Below are positions 1 through 13,924 of a DNA stretch of 64,000 nucleotides, piece after piece. Source of the DNA: Lama guanicoe (taxonomy: Eukaryota); assembly GCA_013239625.1 (NCBI GenBank), contig MU054212.1, forward strand, positions 8,517,084 through 8,581,083. The letters run 5' to 3'. The notes under the pieces were generated by a model. The model was not told where the DNA came from, did no database searches, and worked only from the letters and a program-made list of their open reading frames with translations. Position numbers and translations under genes: made by a program. Position 1 is the first letter of the stretch; each line of letters begins with the position of its first letter.

Positions 1-465
1 AAATCCTTGGGCCCCAGGAACTGAATGTGAGTTGTGGAAACGGACTGGGAATCACTAGTTTCTCAAACTCCTGTGGCAGTTAATGGCTTTACTTTTGCTT
101 TAGTGTTTAATAGAACAGTTGAATAGAAGGCGGTTAAGTCCCATGTAAGATAGTAGCTCACTGTTTTTGCATTTTCCTAATTGTGGTGAATCAAGCACTT
201 TTCTGCTGGTTTATTGATTCTTCAGGTTTCCTTTCTGCAAAGGGCTTGTTTACATCCTTTGTCCATTTTTCTCTTGGATCATGTATATTGATATTTGTAG
301 GAGTTACTTTTTCTTGTTGCTATTAGTTTTTATGTATTTTACAAGTATTTTTTCAAGTCTGATTTTAAAACTATTCTTCATAGTAAAATTTCACATGCAT
401 TTTAAATTAATCTTGCAGTTCATTCTTTACGTTCTGAATTTTTAAGTTTTTTTTTCTTTCTGTAG

Positions 466-572
466 GTTATGAACGTGATTTCTGATGAAACTGGATTGGA
501 ATAATTTTCATGATCTTTGTATATTTATATATATATATATATTTTAAAATTTTGCATTTGACTTAAAGTGCC
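466..572 (+). other. GALNT1: 5'UTR portion of first coding exon
   Basis: Pyrimidine tract ttttttttttctttctgtag ends at 465; the exon runs to gtgccATG at 573. Confidence 0.85.
526..542. repeat. (TA)n microsatellite in 5'UTR
   Basis: tatatatatatatatat. Confidence 0.9.
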
Positions 573-711
573 ATGAGAAAATTTGCATATTGCAAGGTGG
601 TCCTGGCCACCTCCTTGATTTGGGTACTCTTGGATATGTTCCTGCTGCTTTACTTCAGTGAATGCAACAAATGTGATGAAAAAAAAGAGAGAGGACTTCC
701 TGCTGGGGATG
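573..711 (+). CDS. GALNT1: GALNT1 coding exon 1 (cytoplasmic tail, transmembrane anchor, start of stem)
   Basis: ATG 573; [46 protein letters not shown]; donor G|gtgagt at 712; 139 nt. Confidence 0.97.
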
Positions 712-2039
712 GTGAGTTACTTTCTATCACAATGGACCTGTTTTGATACGTATGTCACTTGTTTTTACTGATTTGGAAACTATAAAGTTTTAACAGTTTT
801 AGATTAATCATAATCTCTGGCTTCCCGTATATGATGGTCATATTTGCAGCACTTGTCCAGTGGGTTCTTCCAACAGTTAAAAGTATTCGAGTATCACATA
901 TAGAATTGCTAAATTCAATTTGTGTGTTCAATATTAAATGTAGTTAATTTTGTGGAAGTTATATGACCGAATAATGCAAGGCCTCTCAGAGCCGAAACTC
1001 CGGCAACTGTACGGAGGACTGGTCTGACTCCATAATGCTGAGCAGGGCGTTACAGCTGCAGTAGCAGCATCAGGGAGATTGCTCCAGCCTTCCTGTCTCA
1101 GGCCTAAGGGAAGAGGTCATTTTAGGTAGATGTCTGGAGAGTTCGTTTTGTTAATGCTGGAGATAGCTCCAGTTAGCACGTTTAAGGAGAACTTTTGAAA
1201 AGATCAGGCTGTAAAATAGGGGCCGCTGTGAGAACGCCACAGTAACTGATACGGGAAAGGAAGACAGCACACGATGGAGGACGTACGTTGGCAAGTACTG
1301 ACATTTTTGGCAGAGGACACCTGAAAAATTCAGTTTTAAACTCTGTGTTTAAACCAACACATGAATGCTGCCTTTTATTTTTGTTTTTAAACATGGTGAA
1401 AATGACTCTGCCTTGTGAGTCAGTGATGCCACTGTTCTGGGCTCTGAACTCTCCGTGATTAGTTATAGAATATCTGGCTAACCAGGATCTGTTTTAAGGA
1501 GTTATATGTAGATGATTAGTTTTCTTTGAATATGTTGTCACATTTAAATATTTTGCACTTTTACAGCGCAGGCACCTGGTCCCTTAAAATTTATAACCTA
1601 AAAATTATTTATTATTGGTAAGTGTGCCTACTTCCTGTAATTTTTATAGATGGGATTGTGTGACCAGTTCTATTTATTTTTTGGGAAATTTGCCTAAAAT
1701 TAGGCTCAGTTGCTAACACTGGACTTTAGTAATACCTAGCCTAACCCCTAACTTTCTCATTTTCACCTTCCCTGTAATTTTTTAATAAAATATATTTTTA
1801 TTCGAAGTCACCCTATTAATTTGTTGACTTCCCTGGTTTCCTTTATGGTCCTGCTGGTTAGTAAGTTTGTTGGGCGACAAAACCCTGCCTCCTTACCTGC
1901 TGTTAAAGCTATAACTCTGTCTCCATTTAAATCAAAGGGCAGGTATTGCCATGCATCAGTAAGAAGGTAGGGTATTCTTTTCTTAAATAGAACGGATTAA
2001 CTTTCCCCCCACTCCACCTTAACTCATTGCCATTTATAG

Positions 2040-4300
2040 TGGGAGTTCGTGGTGTTCTACCTTAAATGGAAGGGCACGAAAGTAAGACAGAATGGGACCT
2101 CTGTAGCATCAAAGACCCACTTGGTGGATGTTTTTTAAACTCTGATATGCGCTGGGCAGTGTGCCTTCTGCTAGTGACACACAATTCAACAACACAAAAA
2201 AGTTCCTCCCTTTGGGGAACTCCCTCTCCTCCAATAGGAGAGAAAGAATAGTAGGGAGATAGTGATATGATACATTGCATACTAGAGATGCCCGTAAGAG
2301 CAGGAGGAAGGAACACCTCAGGGCACCTGAGAAGGTGCAGCAAAGAAGTGATGCTCAAGTTGAGTATCAGGGTGAACAGGTGTTTGGCAGGTTTGATGGG
2401 TGAGGGGAGTGCCTTCCATGCAAAGGAGAGAAGTACATGCAAGATGAACAAGAGAGAGAGCAGAGTTGATGGATGGGAGAAGGTGAGGGGGGAGCACGAG
2501 ACAAAGTCAGGGAAGCTGGCAGAGGCCCTGTCACAGAAGGCCGTTTGTGACCTGCAAAGGGTTTGGGGCCTCCTCCTGTAGGCGGTGGCATGCCGTGGAG
2601 GGATTTCTAACAAGGGAATAAGTAACCTGACGGCATCTGGACTTTCAGAAGAAAGTTTGGTGGTCTTGTGGCTGATATACTGAAAGAGAGTAAGACAGCA
2701 GAGACTGGTTTTAGTGCTGCTGAGAAAGTTTGGAGGCGTCCTTGGGGTCTACACTAAAATGACACTGGACGTGGAGGAATAAAATACACGAGAAGTCTTT
2801 AAATAGCGGGATTTACATTGAATGTCGGTAATAAGGGAAAGAGGAAAGTCTAAGATGACTCTCAGGTCTCCCTCTTTGGATCAGTTGATGTGAAATGAGG
2901 CCCCCAGAGGTGGAGCAGCTTTGATGAGAAGGTGGAAGGAGGAGCACTTCCAGGTGCCAGTGTAGATGCTCTGCCGCAGAGAGTGGTTGAGGTGGAGCTC
3001 GTGGATGGCTGTGTGAGCCTGTGTGTGCATGAGACGGCCACAGGCTGTGTGGAGAGTTGGAAGAGGCAGACCAGAGTTGGGGAGGGTCATGGAGGGTCCC
3101 TACAGGAAGAGAAGGCTTCTGGGAAGTCAGAGGTGGGAGGAGAGGCCAGAGGGAGTTGGGTCATGGGAATCCAGGAGTGATGTTTGTTCAGAGATTTTAC
3201 CTGAGATGAAGTTTTTCTGATATGTTTCCTAATGGGTTTCCTTGTGACCCTCGCACGTGCCACTGGATATGATATACTGGCGTGCAGCCTCTTTTTAGGA
3301 AGCTTTGGCACAGAGAGAGGTGGGTAGTATAGTAGTTAAAGGAATGGAGCAAAAATTAGTTTTCCATGTATGTATATATTTTTTATGTGTGTTGAGGGAG
3401 AGACTTAAAATAAAAGGGAAAGAAATAATGGTTGAAAGAGCAAATTCTCAGCAGATGAGAGAGTGTGATATCAGAACCGTAAGAAAAGGATTATCCTTGA
3501 AGATGATTCTAAGGTTAGTACGGTTTCGAAAACCACTAGTGGCGTGAGATCAAAGAGAAGGAGTGGTTTTATACAAAGTACAGAAGTACAGAGTAGAGGG
3601 AAATTAGTCTGGAAGTGACGGTGCGGAGCTATGAGGTAGATCACTGCCTGCTGAGAACAGGAGAATGAACGTTCTCCCAGAAAAGGCTGTGAGGTCAGTG
3701 GGCTCTGGGGGAGAGAGTCAGATCTGAGTTGTCTGGTAGATGGGGCCCCCGTGTTGAGGAGACAAGATGATGGAGAAGCTTTGTGATGGCCCAGAGGGTT
3801 GAGCGGGACACACGGAGAAGGAGGTCAGCAGCAGAAGGACGAGGGATCGGCTGAGCAGTCAGCCAGGAGGTGAGTTAATAGCTGCAGGGAGAGGGTTTGA
3901 GAGGCCAGCAGTTCCAGATGGGCCCCTAGCGCATCTGTTTTCAAACTGTGTTCCATGTACCATTAAGGGATTGAAAGGAAAGAGTAGGGAAATGATTTAG
4001 GGACGGGGAGGAGTTGATGCTAAGCAAGGACAGTTTGAAGAATCTGCTCTGATGTGAAGTTTCAGTGCAGTGGGAGCTGAGAGGTCCCAAGTAGCATCAG
4101 AGCCTTGAAGTTGTCAAGGTTCTCAGCACGAGGCTAGTGAGGAATTGTGGTGGTGCCACCGAAGAGATCTTTTACTGCAAGTTGTTGGAAGAGAGTAGGT
4201 AGGTGATGCCACCAAGGACGTGGACCTTCTTAGTGGAATTAGCAAGTATGCTCAGTGACCTAGAAGAATGGAGGTCTCTTTTGATAGAACACGAGGTCTC
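2040..4300 (-). mobile_element. Decayed LINE-2 (antisense)
   Basis: Long purine-rich tract typical of reverse-strand L2 (e.g. gaggaaagtctaagatgactctcaggt). Boundaries approximate. Confidence 0.55.
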
Positions 4301-5679
4301 CAGGGTGTTCATTTTCTATGGCATTTGAAAAACCAAATAAAAACGAAAAAGCAAAAAAAAGCAATGAGCCGATATGACGCTTGAGGGCAGTTGCTTCAGT
4401 CTTGTAAGAATCTCATTTCTGACCGTTCTTTGAACTGCTTTTCAGAGCCAATTTGGTGAAATTTACCAAATTCTGTTCTTTATACTATTTTGTGTAAAAA
4501 GGTGCCTTATTTTTAAGCAGAGTAAATTCCTTGTCTGTATGAAAATGCTCAGGGCCTTTTATGTGATTATCATTGATACAGTTAGTTTTCTGGGATTCTT
4601 ACATTTAGTTTGCTACTTGCCAATAACAACAGGTAGTCTTGGTGATTACAGAGGGTTGTTTTGTTTTGTTTTATTTTCCTGAGTAGTTCTTTCTTACAGT
4701 TTTATACTTGTGTTTTATAACCCAGACTGCCTGAGAATAGCAAAATTCTTCTGTTGCTAGAGAATTAGATTGGGCTTCCCTTGAACAAACCAGTTTAGTG
4801 TGGGTTATGTCTTGGGAATATTTTTTGCAACTCTTCTGCTTTTTAGAATCAACTCATTCATTCACTTTATGGACTTGGATGTTGTATAAAAGAGTCGGTA
4901 TATTTTGCAGATCCTGTTTCAGGTAGGAACTGATCCTTTATGTTCACGCTGATCTCAAGGCCAGAATTTTACTTCACAATGACGGGGCAAGATCTTAACT
5001 TTCTGGCCATGCAGTCTCTTAGGCTGTAAGCAATCAAGTTTATACTTACTAGTCCTTACAGTGATCATTCATTGAGTGCTCTTTCATGCTCCCCCAACCC
5101 CCACAGAAAATTTTAAACAAACAAAAATAGGGAAAATAGAGAATTGATCTCCCATATACCCATTGTCTGGTTTCAACAGCTGTCAACTCAAAGCTAGACT
5201 TGTGGCATGGATACCTTTTTCTCTCTGTCCTCCCCCCGTGTTGGTGGTGGTTGTTGAAGAAGAAGAAGTTAGGCTGATTCTCTTCTCCAGTTTCCCACAG
5301 TCAAGGTTTATATTCCTTTAATTTTTTGTTTTTTAATCATATCCTTCTGTCCCCTTTATTTCCTGTGAGTTGGTAGGTAGGTTCAGAGGCTTGATCAGAT
5401 TCAGGATCTATACTTCCCCCTTCCCCAAGCAAAAATGTGTTATAGATGGTGTTCTGTATAATTTAATACTCTTATTTAAAACTGAGCAGTATGAAAATGT
5501 TTCCATTTTAACTTTTCTTTAAAGAATCATCTTATACTAAAATAGGACACAGGTAACAGGATATTTATAATCAGGGCCGCTAGATGTCTCCCACCCACCT
5601 TTTCTGTGCCATGCACAAAAGATCTTGTCACCTCCAGCCCTCTGCTGCTTTACATTGACCCCTGAACATCCCAATCCCC

Positions 5680-6310
5680 AAACTTATTCATTGCTCTTTT
5701 GCTCACATATTAATTCAGCACATAGATAAGCTAAAAAGAGATCATGATCCAGTCGGGGGAGGGTGTCATAAGATAGCCTTAGCAGTCACTGTAATAAGGG
5801 ATAACTATTGGTTAGAGACATAGAGCCCTAGATGAAACGATGTGGCAGTCAGGAGTGGTAAATGGTCACTAGAGAGCTTCGGAAGAGCTGCAGGAGAGAA
5901 GCCATTTCAGTTGGGCCTTGGAGGACAAGTATGGGTTTGGTATTGCAGAGGTGGAAGTGGGAAGGAGATGCTGAGGATGGGACCAGTGTGAGCAAAGGCA
6001 CCGGTGCAAGAAACCATGAGGCACATGGAGGAGAGTGGTGTGTGCTGTTTGGGAGGTGGAGAGCCCAGTGGGTGGTGGTCTTGGAGCGTTAAGTTAAATT
6101 CCCTATTAAAGAAAACAGACTCCAGGAGACCAAGGGAATAACACGATGAAGGCTGTGTTTTAAGGAGGCTGAGGCGGTAACAGTATTTGAGGTGGGAGTG
6201 CCGAGGCCGTGCAGTGATTCAGGTGAGTGGTGCAAGGCGAGGAGGTCTTGGGTCAGGCAGCTGCTGGCAGTGTTACAGACTTGGGAGAGGATGGGCTCAG
6301 AAACACTGGT
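5680..6310 (-). mobile_element. Decayed LINE-2 3' part (antisense)
   Basis: Begins ttattcatt...; includes gttgggccttggagga and cagtgtgagcaaaggcac motifs. Confidence 0.55.
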
Positions 6311-6401
6311 TGTTGAGGGCATAGTTCAAACTCATATGTTACTAAACAGAAACATGAATCAATTGCTATAAAATTAATGTTAAGTTTCCTTTTATTCTTA
6401 G

Positions 6402-6576
6402 TTCTAGAGCCAGTACAAAAGCCTCATGAAGGTCCTGGAGAAATGGGGAAACCAGTCGTCATTCCTAAAGAGGATCAGGAAAAGATGAAAGAGATGTTTA
6501 AAATCAATCAGTTCAACTTAATGGCAAGTGAGATGATTGCACTCAACAGATCTTTACCAGATGTTAGGTTAGAAGG
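6402..6576 (+). CDS. GALNT1: GALNT1 coding exon 2 (stem)
   Basis: ttcttag| acceptor; [19 protein letters not shown]...[11 protein letters not shown]; donor gtaagt at 6577; 175 nt. Confidence 0.97.
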
Positions 6577-6844
6577 GTAAGTACCTGGTGTGGTCCTGAC
6601 AGTATTTAATTTGAATGAGAAGTATGTTCTGAGTCTGGTAGGTTGCACTGTGGTGTTGACTGTTCTTAAACTGAATGTTATATCGCTAAGCTACTACTTA
6701 CACCCCACTTAAAAAATAATTAAATGCTGATAAAATAATTCTAGTGACCATTGGGACTATGGATTTTAGGCTTTGGAAGATAATTGTTTACCTTGACAGA
6801 TTAGTAGGGATTTTAAACTTCTTTATTACCAAAACATTTAAATA

Positions 6845-7445
6845 CTATTTTTTAAAGATTCTTTTAAGTTGTGTGTAACTTAAAGCAGGGACGTATACAA
6901 TTGTAAGTGTGCAGATCACTGACTGTTTGTATATGTATGTATCTGTCTCGAGTGTCATCCAAGTCAAGTTATAGAACATTTCCGTCACCCTTGCAAGTTC
7001 TCTTATGTACTCCCACCCCCAGGGGCAGCCTTTGTTTTGATCTCTAAACATAGAAGAGCTTTGTTTTTCTCGGAACTTTTTATAAATGGATCCGTACTAT
7101 GTATATTCTTTTCTGTCTTTGAGATCCATATTACTGCGTAGATCAGAGATTTATTCCTTCCCATTGCAGTGTGGTGGTTTGTCGTGTGACTATACCACAG
7201 TTTATCTACACACTGATAGATATTTGGGTTGTTTCCACTTTCTGTTATGATTAAAGCTGTGGTGGTGATACCTCTGTGCGTGTTTTTCGGAGAACTTAAG
7301 CTCTCATTTCTGTTCGGTATTTACTGAGGAAAGGAATAAGGTGTACACTTACATAACTTTATCATGTGCTGCCAAGCATTTTTCCAAGATACTGGTACCA
7401 GCTTACACTCCTACGAGCAATACAAGAGACCCAGTTGTGCCACAT
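6845..7445 (-). mobile_element. Old L1 3' region (antisense)
   Basis: ataccacagtttatctac...gatatttgggttgtttccacttt. Confidence 0.7.
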
Positions 7446-7449
7446 GAGG

Positions 7450-9480
7450 ACGGTAATACGAGGGATCTGGGCTAGAGGACAACAGCCCCAGTTAAAAGCA
7501 AGGGAACTGTACAGGGGATGGTAGATCAAGTGGACATACACATTCTGGCTGCAGAGACCCCTTGCAGCCACCTTGCCTTCTCTGGCTCCCGTTAATAACC
7601 ACAGCCAAGCCTTACCCCCCAGGCAAGAGACTGGGGCATCTTTTTCAACAGAATTGGACTAGCCCGAGAGGAAAACAAAAAAGAAGTATGGACACCAACA
7701 TCAGAGATTCTCCAATTTATATCCAGGGCTTATATTCAGCATTTTGGTCTTCCATGTTTAATCATAGGTAACCAAGAAGAACAGACATCCCAGGAAACCC
7801 TCAGACGTGGAGAGTATAATGCAAAACTGTAAACAACTCGGAGGAAGCAGAGACTATTTGAGAGGAAGAAAACTTAAAAAGAACAATTAGTAGTCCCAAT
7901 TAAGTAAGAAAACCTATTGCAACCATAAAACAAGAATAGGAATGCTCTTCAAAAGATACACTGAGAGAACTAAAAAGAGCTTTTGGGAATTTAAAAACTT
8001 GAAAACATCCAGAAGTTAGAAGGCAGAGCTTAGAAGGCAGTGAAGAATTACAGAGCCAAAATACGAGAGAACGTGGAAACCCAGAGAAATGAGCCTAGAA
8101 TTTAGAGGCAACTTTTTACTTAGAGGCATCTGCTGAATCCAGAAGGACTATACTGAGAAATAGTGGTTTTGACAGCCCTTTGGTGCTAGGTAGGGCCTGA
8201 AAACAGAACCTATCATGTAAGGAGGAAGGGTGATGGTGGTGTTGGAATCCGGGAGTCCCTTCCTGCATGCTTTAGTGTTAGGCTTCTAGAAGTAACGATC
8301 ATATTGAAGTGGACAGATCAGCTTTTGTGGGGACTGAAGCCCAACTTCAAACTACCTCAATATATGAAGCTAAATTAAGGTGCTTAGGGTTTACTAGTGC
8401 CTCTAGCTCCCTTAGAAGCAAACAAATCCGCTTCGAAGGAAGATCTTAGGCGTCAATTTTTTTTTTTTCTTTATGGTATTTCGTATATAGTGTCTGGCTT
8501 GCAATTGAAAAAAAAAAAAAGAGCAGACATATGAGGAAACAAGACAGCATGAAAGAAAACAAAGCATTAGAAATGAAAACAGACCAAAAAGGACTCCAGG
8601 TAATGGAGTTATCAGAAACAGACTTTAAGATGATTTTATATAATATTAATGTGTTTAAGGAGATTAAAAATGAGATTGAGAATTTCAACAGAGACCTGGA
8701 ACCTATTAAGAAATAACCAGATGGAAATTCTAGAATTGAGGAAGTATAGTAATAAAAATAAAAAACAGTGGATGGGTTTAGCAGCAGATTAGACATAACT
8801 GAAGAGAGAATTAGTGAACTGAATTAAGGAACAGGAGTAAATATCTGGGATGAGGCATGGAGAATTAGAAAGAGGGGACATGAAAAACAGTAAGAGATAC
8901 AGGAGATACAGTGAGAGGTCTAAAATTATTGACAAATTGCAGTTACGAAGTGAGAAAGGAAATAGAGCGGCAGCAATTTTTCAAAGTATAATGGCTGAGA
9001 ATTTTCCAAAACTGATGAAAGGAAACGAGGCACAGAATCAGTAGGTCTGATGAGCCTTGCGCAGGATACCTGCCGCATAATAACGACCTGGACACATCGT
9101 AGTAAAACCACTGCAAATCAAAACTAGAGAAAAGAGTCAAAAACGAAAAAATCAGAGAGGGAAAATAAAGATTCCCTTCAAAGATTCCCTTGTAAGTCTG
9201 ACAGCTAACTTCTTAAGAGAAAAACAAAGAGGAAGCCAACAGATAATGGAGTGGTATCTTTTAAGAGAGAACTACAGCCTTAAATTCTATACACAGCAAA
9301 AGTATTCTTCAAAAATAAAAAGATTTTAAGATCAACAAAAACTGAGATAATTCATTACCCACACTAAAAAATGCTGGTGGGTATTTTCTTGGCAGAAAAT
9401 GACCCCATGAGTGATCAGATAATAGAAATGAAGGAAGAGCATGAAAGTAAGTGGGTGAGGTGGAGGAGAAGCGAGCAGAG
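7450..9480 (+). mobile_element. Old L1 5' and ORF1 remnants (sense)
   Basis: ORF1-like peptides QVMELSETDFKM and IMAENFPKLMK; A-rich. Confidence 0.75.
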
Positions 9481-10399
9481 AAGAGCTCTGAGAGGCCACG
9501 TATTGAAAATCGACTGTATGGAGATTTAAGATGACCGAGAACGTGATGACAAGATTAGTGCTGGAATTGGTAGGGAAGGTGGCAGATGACTGTAACAAGG
9601 ATGGGTTGGCAGCTTCTGATAGCACCTTCTTTAAAGGACCTGAGGCTTCTTAGGGAAGAAGGAGAACCTGTAGTCTTGAATCACCAGTGAGGAACAAGGG
9701 AGATATTTACCCCCACCTCCAGACTCAGCGGTTTAAGGGATGTGGAAGAAAAGCCAGCCTAGGAAAAAAATCAAATCAAATTGCAGATACAATACTTAGA
9801 GTTATGGAGGTAATTGCCAAGAGAAACAGATAAAAGAACATGGTTTGCATTATGGGAAGGGAGAAATGGCAGAGAGGTGAGGGAACAGCCTTTTTAACGT
9901 GCTTCGGGCAGTTAGTTAATTTTTAAGCTATGTACGTGTCCTTTGATCAAAATGAAAGCTAAATAAAGTTCCTCAGGTAATTCTAATTTCTGCGGACATC
10001 CCGCCTCCCAGGGACTCACTGCTCCAGTCTAGTGCTTCTCAAACTTGCTGGGGTAGGAGAGGAGGGAGAAGGAAGAAAGGCTGCAGGTGGGGATGTGGAA
10101 TTCTCTCTGCTCTCTGACCTTTAGGTCGCTCCTTACTAGCTCCTCAGACCAGAAAGAGAGCGCCTCTCTTGGGTCTCATTGTGCACGCGTGCAGTTTTGC
10201 GGCTGCTGAGTGCAGGCTGGCCAATGCCAGAGCGGGAAGGATGGGAGTCCCCGCTGATTGGATGGAACTTCACCTTCAGGTCTCCTTCGTCAGCTGGCCT
10301 GCTGCCATTTACAGTTCGGTGTCCCCTCACATACCTGTCCAGGAGTTAGGGTTCCACCCACTGGGAGTAACAGTGGAGTACACTTACTCCATCTTTCCT

Positions 10400-11262
10400 G
10401 GAACCAGAAAATACACCCATTCAAAGTGTATATAGTTCAGTGATTTTTAGTAGTAGAATCATATAAAAGTGGGTCTTTTGTATCTGGTTTCTTTGAGGAT
10501 GATGTTTCTGAGATGTAATCCTTTGTTCCTTTTTATTGTCCAGTGTTATTCAGCTGTATGAATGTAACACATTTATATCTTCTGTCACTCGCTGAGCGTT
10601 TGAATTTTTCCCATTTTCTGGCTGTTACGAATAATGTTGCTAAGAACATTTATGCACGAGTCTGTGTGTGGATATATGTTCTTGTTTTTCTTAGATAGGT
10701 TTTTGTTTTTCTTGGATGGATTCCTGATTGCTGGGTCATATGGTCACTTTGTTTAATTATTTAAGAAATTGCCACATTATTTTCTAACGCTGCTGCACCA
10801 CCCACGTTCCCACCAGCAGTGTATGCGGGTTCTAGTTTCTCCACATCCTCACCAGTACTTCTTCTTGCCTTTTTAATTATAGCCATTCTGCTAGGTATGA
10901 AGTGGTGTCTCACTGTGATTTTAATTTGCATTTCTCTAATGACTGATACTGTTGGGGATATCTTCATGTACTTATTGGCCATTCTTACATCTTTCATGAA
11001 ATAGTTCTTCAAGTATCTTGCCCATTTTAAATTGGATTATTTGTCTTCCTGTTACTGAGTTGTAAGAGTTTTTTTTAATATATTCCGGATATAAATCATT
11101 TTATCAGATGTTTGATTTCCAGATATTTTCTCAGTTTGCAGCTTGTCCTTTACATTTCCTTAATGGTATCTTTAGGCATAGAATGGCACACAAAAAATTT
11201 AATTTTGATGAAGTCATATTTATTAGTTGTTTCTTTTATGGATTGTGCTTCTAATGTGTTAT
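10400..11262 (-). mobile_element. L1 ORF2 3' end / 3'UTR (antisense)
   Basis: Minus-strand ORF 10761-11012 MANKYMK...IREMQIKITVRHHFIPSRMAIIKK is the L1 ORF2 C-terminus. Confidence 0.85.
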
Positions 11263-11269
11263 TCCACCT

Positions 11270-12390
11270 CATGGTGCAAGGCTGGAATCTTTCTTCCTAA
11301 GATCAGAAACAAGGAAAGGATGTCTGCTCTCCACTTGTATTCAAAATTGCACCAGTTCAGAACTCAGAAGTGTGCCATGCATACAGAAGTCCTCTCTGGT
11401 CTGAGATACAACAAAGGGGACTTTTAAGGGTTAGAGAGTGAAGTAAAACCCTTATTTCTCTCCCAATCCATCTCCCTATTTAACCTTTTCAACCTTCCCC
11501 ACAATCCCAGCCCCTAGGCAATATTGCCAAGGCTGCACAGCCATGGGGGCAGTGCCCAGGCAAGCAGTGAAGCTCTGGGGAAGGGGAATCGTCTGTTTGA
11601 CTGGAAGAACTCTGGCCTCCAGAGCATGAGGAGAATTCCCATTGTTTTCTGTCTCCCACAGACTGGCTTAGAACACAGATACAGTCGCAGGAAGTATGCA
11701 GCAGAGTGAGGAAACTGAAGCCTCGGCTCTCTGGCTCTGTTGGAAGACTAAACATACAAGATGTCAGTTCTCCAACAATAGATGTTTGGTGAAATTCCAC
11801 TCAAAACCCCAGGGAGAGATTTAAAATTTTATTTGGAAAGGCAAAGGAAATAGAATAGCTAAAATAATTTTGAAAAAGATGAATAAAGTTGGAGAAAACA
11901 CAGTACCCGATTTAAAGACTCTCCATAAAGCTGCAGTGATCAAGACAGTGTGGTTTTGGCAAAAAAGATAGATGTATAGATTAGTGGAACAGAATAGAAA
12001 GCTCAGAAATAGACCCACACGAATATGGTTATTTGACTTTTGACAAAGCTGAAAAGCCAACTCAATAGAGAAAAGATTATCTTTTCAACAAATGATATTG
12101 GAACAATTAGAAATCCATAGGTAAAAACACGACTCAACCTTAATTTCATGCATTATATGAAAATTAAGTCAAATTGGATCAGAGATCTAAATCTAAAACC
12201 TTAAAGTTTTTAACTTGGGGATGATAGTCAGGGCCTGGCGTTAGGCAGAGAGTATTCAGACATGACACAAAAGCATGATTCCATAAGAGAAAAAACTGAT
12301 AAATAAAATCATCAAATCAAAAAATTTTCTCTCTGCTAAAAATGCTGTTAGGAAAATGACAAGCTACAGAGTCGGAGGGAATATCTGTAC
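11270..12390 (+). mobile_element. L1 ORF2 fragments (sense), interrupted at ~11350-11740 by non-L1 sequence
   Basis: cctaagatcagaaacaagg; aagctgcagtgatcaagacagtgtgg; cagaaatagacccacac. Confidence 0.75.
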
Positions 12391-12409
12391 CTGGGAGACG
12401 TAATTAAGA

Positions 12410-12700
12410 ATCTGCCTGTGGATTGCAGCTGAAACTCATGCCTCTGAGTGTCCACCGTATGCTCCACTGACAGTCATGCAATAGAGGGGGAAGAAAACGA
12501 GTGGAGACACACTAGATAACCAGGAAGGGATGTTTCCTTCTCCGGCAGTGTTTCCCCAACATCCTTTACTGACAAAGCTTATGAATCCATCTTGCTAACT
12601 GCAAAGCACAAATGCTTGTAGGAGCCAGTTACGTTATCACAGAGCAGGCAATGAAGGATATATTTGGAGCTAAGAGGCAATAATTTCTTAATGGGCATAC
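12410..12700. mobile_element. Probable ERVL-class LTR remnant
   Basis: tactgacaaagctta...agagcaggcaatgaagg...tttggagctaagaggcaataa resembles recalled ERVL LTR ends. Confidence 0.4.
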
Positions 12701-13924
12701 TGCACAAAAGTGGTAAATCTTTTCTCTGATAGCTAATGTAGTATGTGTTTGTGGATTTTTGTATTTTAATAATTGCTGTTTCAATTTATAATGTAACTAT
12801 AACCCATAAACATAAGCACTTCGGGGTCCTCAACTTTTAAATACGTTAAGAGGCTTTGAGTGGAAAAGTTTTGAGAGTTGCTGCTCTATATTATTCTTTT
12901 TAAGTAAAGTTCAAAAAAAGAGGCAAAACTCATGTGTCATGTGAGAGGTCCAGAGGAGTGGCTACCTCGGGAAGGGGCACAAAGACAGCCTCTGGGTTGT
13001 TGGTAGTGGTTTGTTTCTTCACCTGGCTGCTGACTACTTGATGCATTCACTGTAGAAACTCCACTGTCTGCTTAGGATTGTCGGCTTGTTTGTGCGTATA
13101 TTTCAGTAAAAAGTTAAGACTTTTTTCCCCTCTCTTCCTGACGCACACCCTGTTGTCAGATCTGTCTGTAGTTTTTGTTTGTTTAAGTAGCACACCCTTG
13201 CCCTGGCTTATTTTCATCCCTGAGAAGGAAAGGCTCAGCTGGGACAGGGTGGAAGCAAACTGCTTCATAATACTGCCTGTGCTCATCCTCATCTTTGTGC
13301 GCCCCCACCCCCAGGGGATCCTTCACCCCGAGCCCCACAAGGATAGCTGTTCCTTCTGTGGGAAGAGCTTAGCTAGAATGGGATCTCTGGTTCTTCTTAA
13401 GGGCTGTATGACTTTCCCAGATAGAGAGGAGTTTGTATGTGTTTACCTGTTTGAGATCAGTTGTGATGATTTTTGCCATATTTTCTCAATGTTTTCTGTT
13501 TTGCATTGGGAGAATATTTATGAATTTGTATGTCCTCTGAATGAGTAAATGTAATAGATTCAGAAAATTATTTTCCTTTTTTGTCATCTATTCTTCCGGA
13601 TCATCTATTCACTTTGCTTTCTGATTCTTCCGTGGTGCTGTGAATGCTTTCCATTTTACTCTCCTTTATTTCTAGTGTTCCTATAGCCTTGCTTCCTTTC
13701 CATACAACTTCACAGTTTAATTCTTTAACATCTCATCCCAGTACTAAATCTGACTCCTCACGTCTCTTCTGCAGAGCCTGCATCTCAGAGTCCTGTTGTC
13801 TTCCTGTCCCCTTCCTAGCCATGCACGTGGCTGCCGGCACTGCTTGTACGCGGCGCATCACCTAGCATTACCTAATCTTTTTTTTCCCAGCAACTATAAA
13901 ACCAAAACTTCTCTTTTTCTTTCA

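Noticed and set aside
2062..2613. 183-aa minus-strand ORF
   Set aside because: Lies in a decayed L2; low-complexity S/L/P-rich translation.
11110..12390. Inverted L1 overlap (11110-11262 vs 12260-12390) as a twin-priming product or dsRNA
   Set aside because: The copies are too diverged from each other; more likely two independent old insertions.
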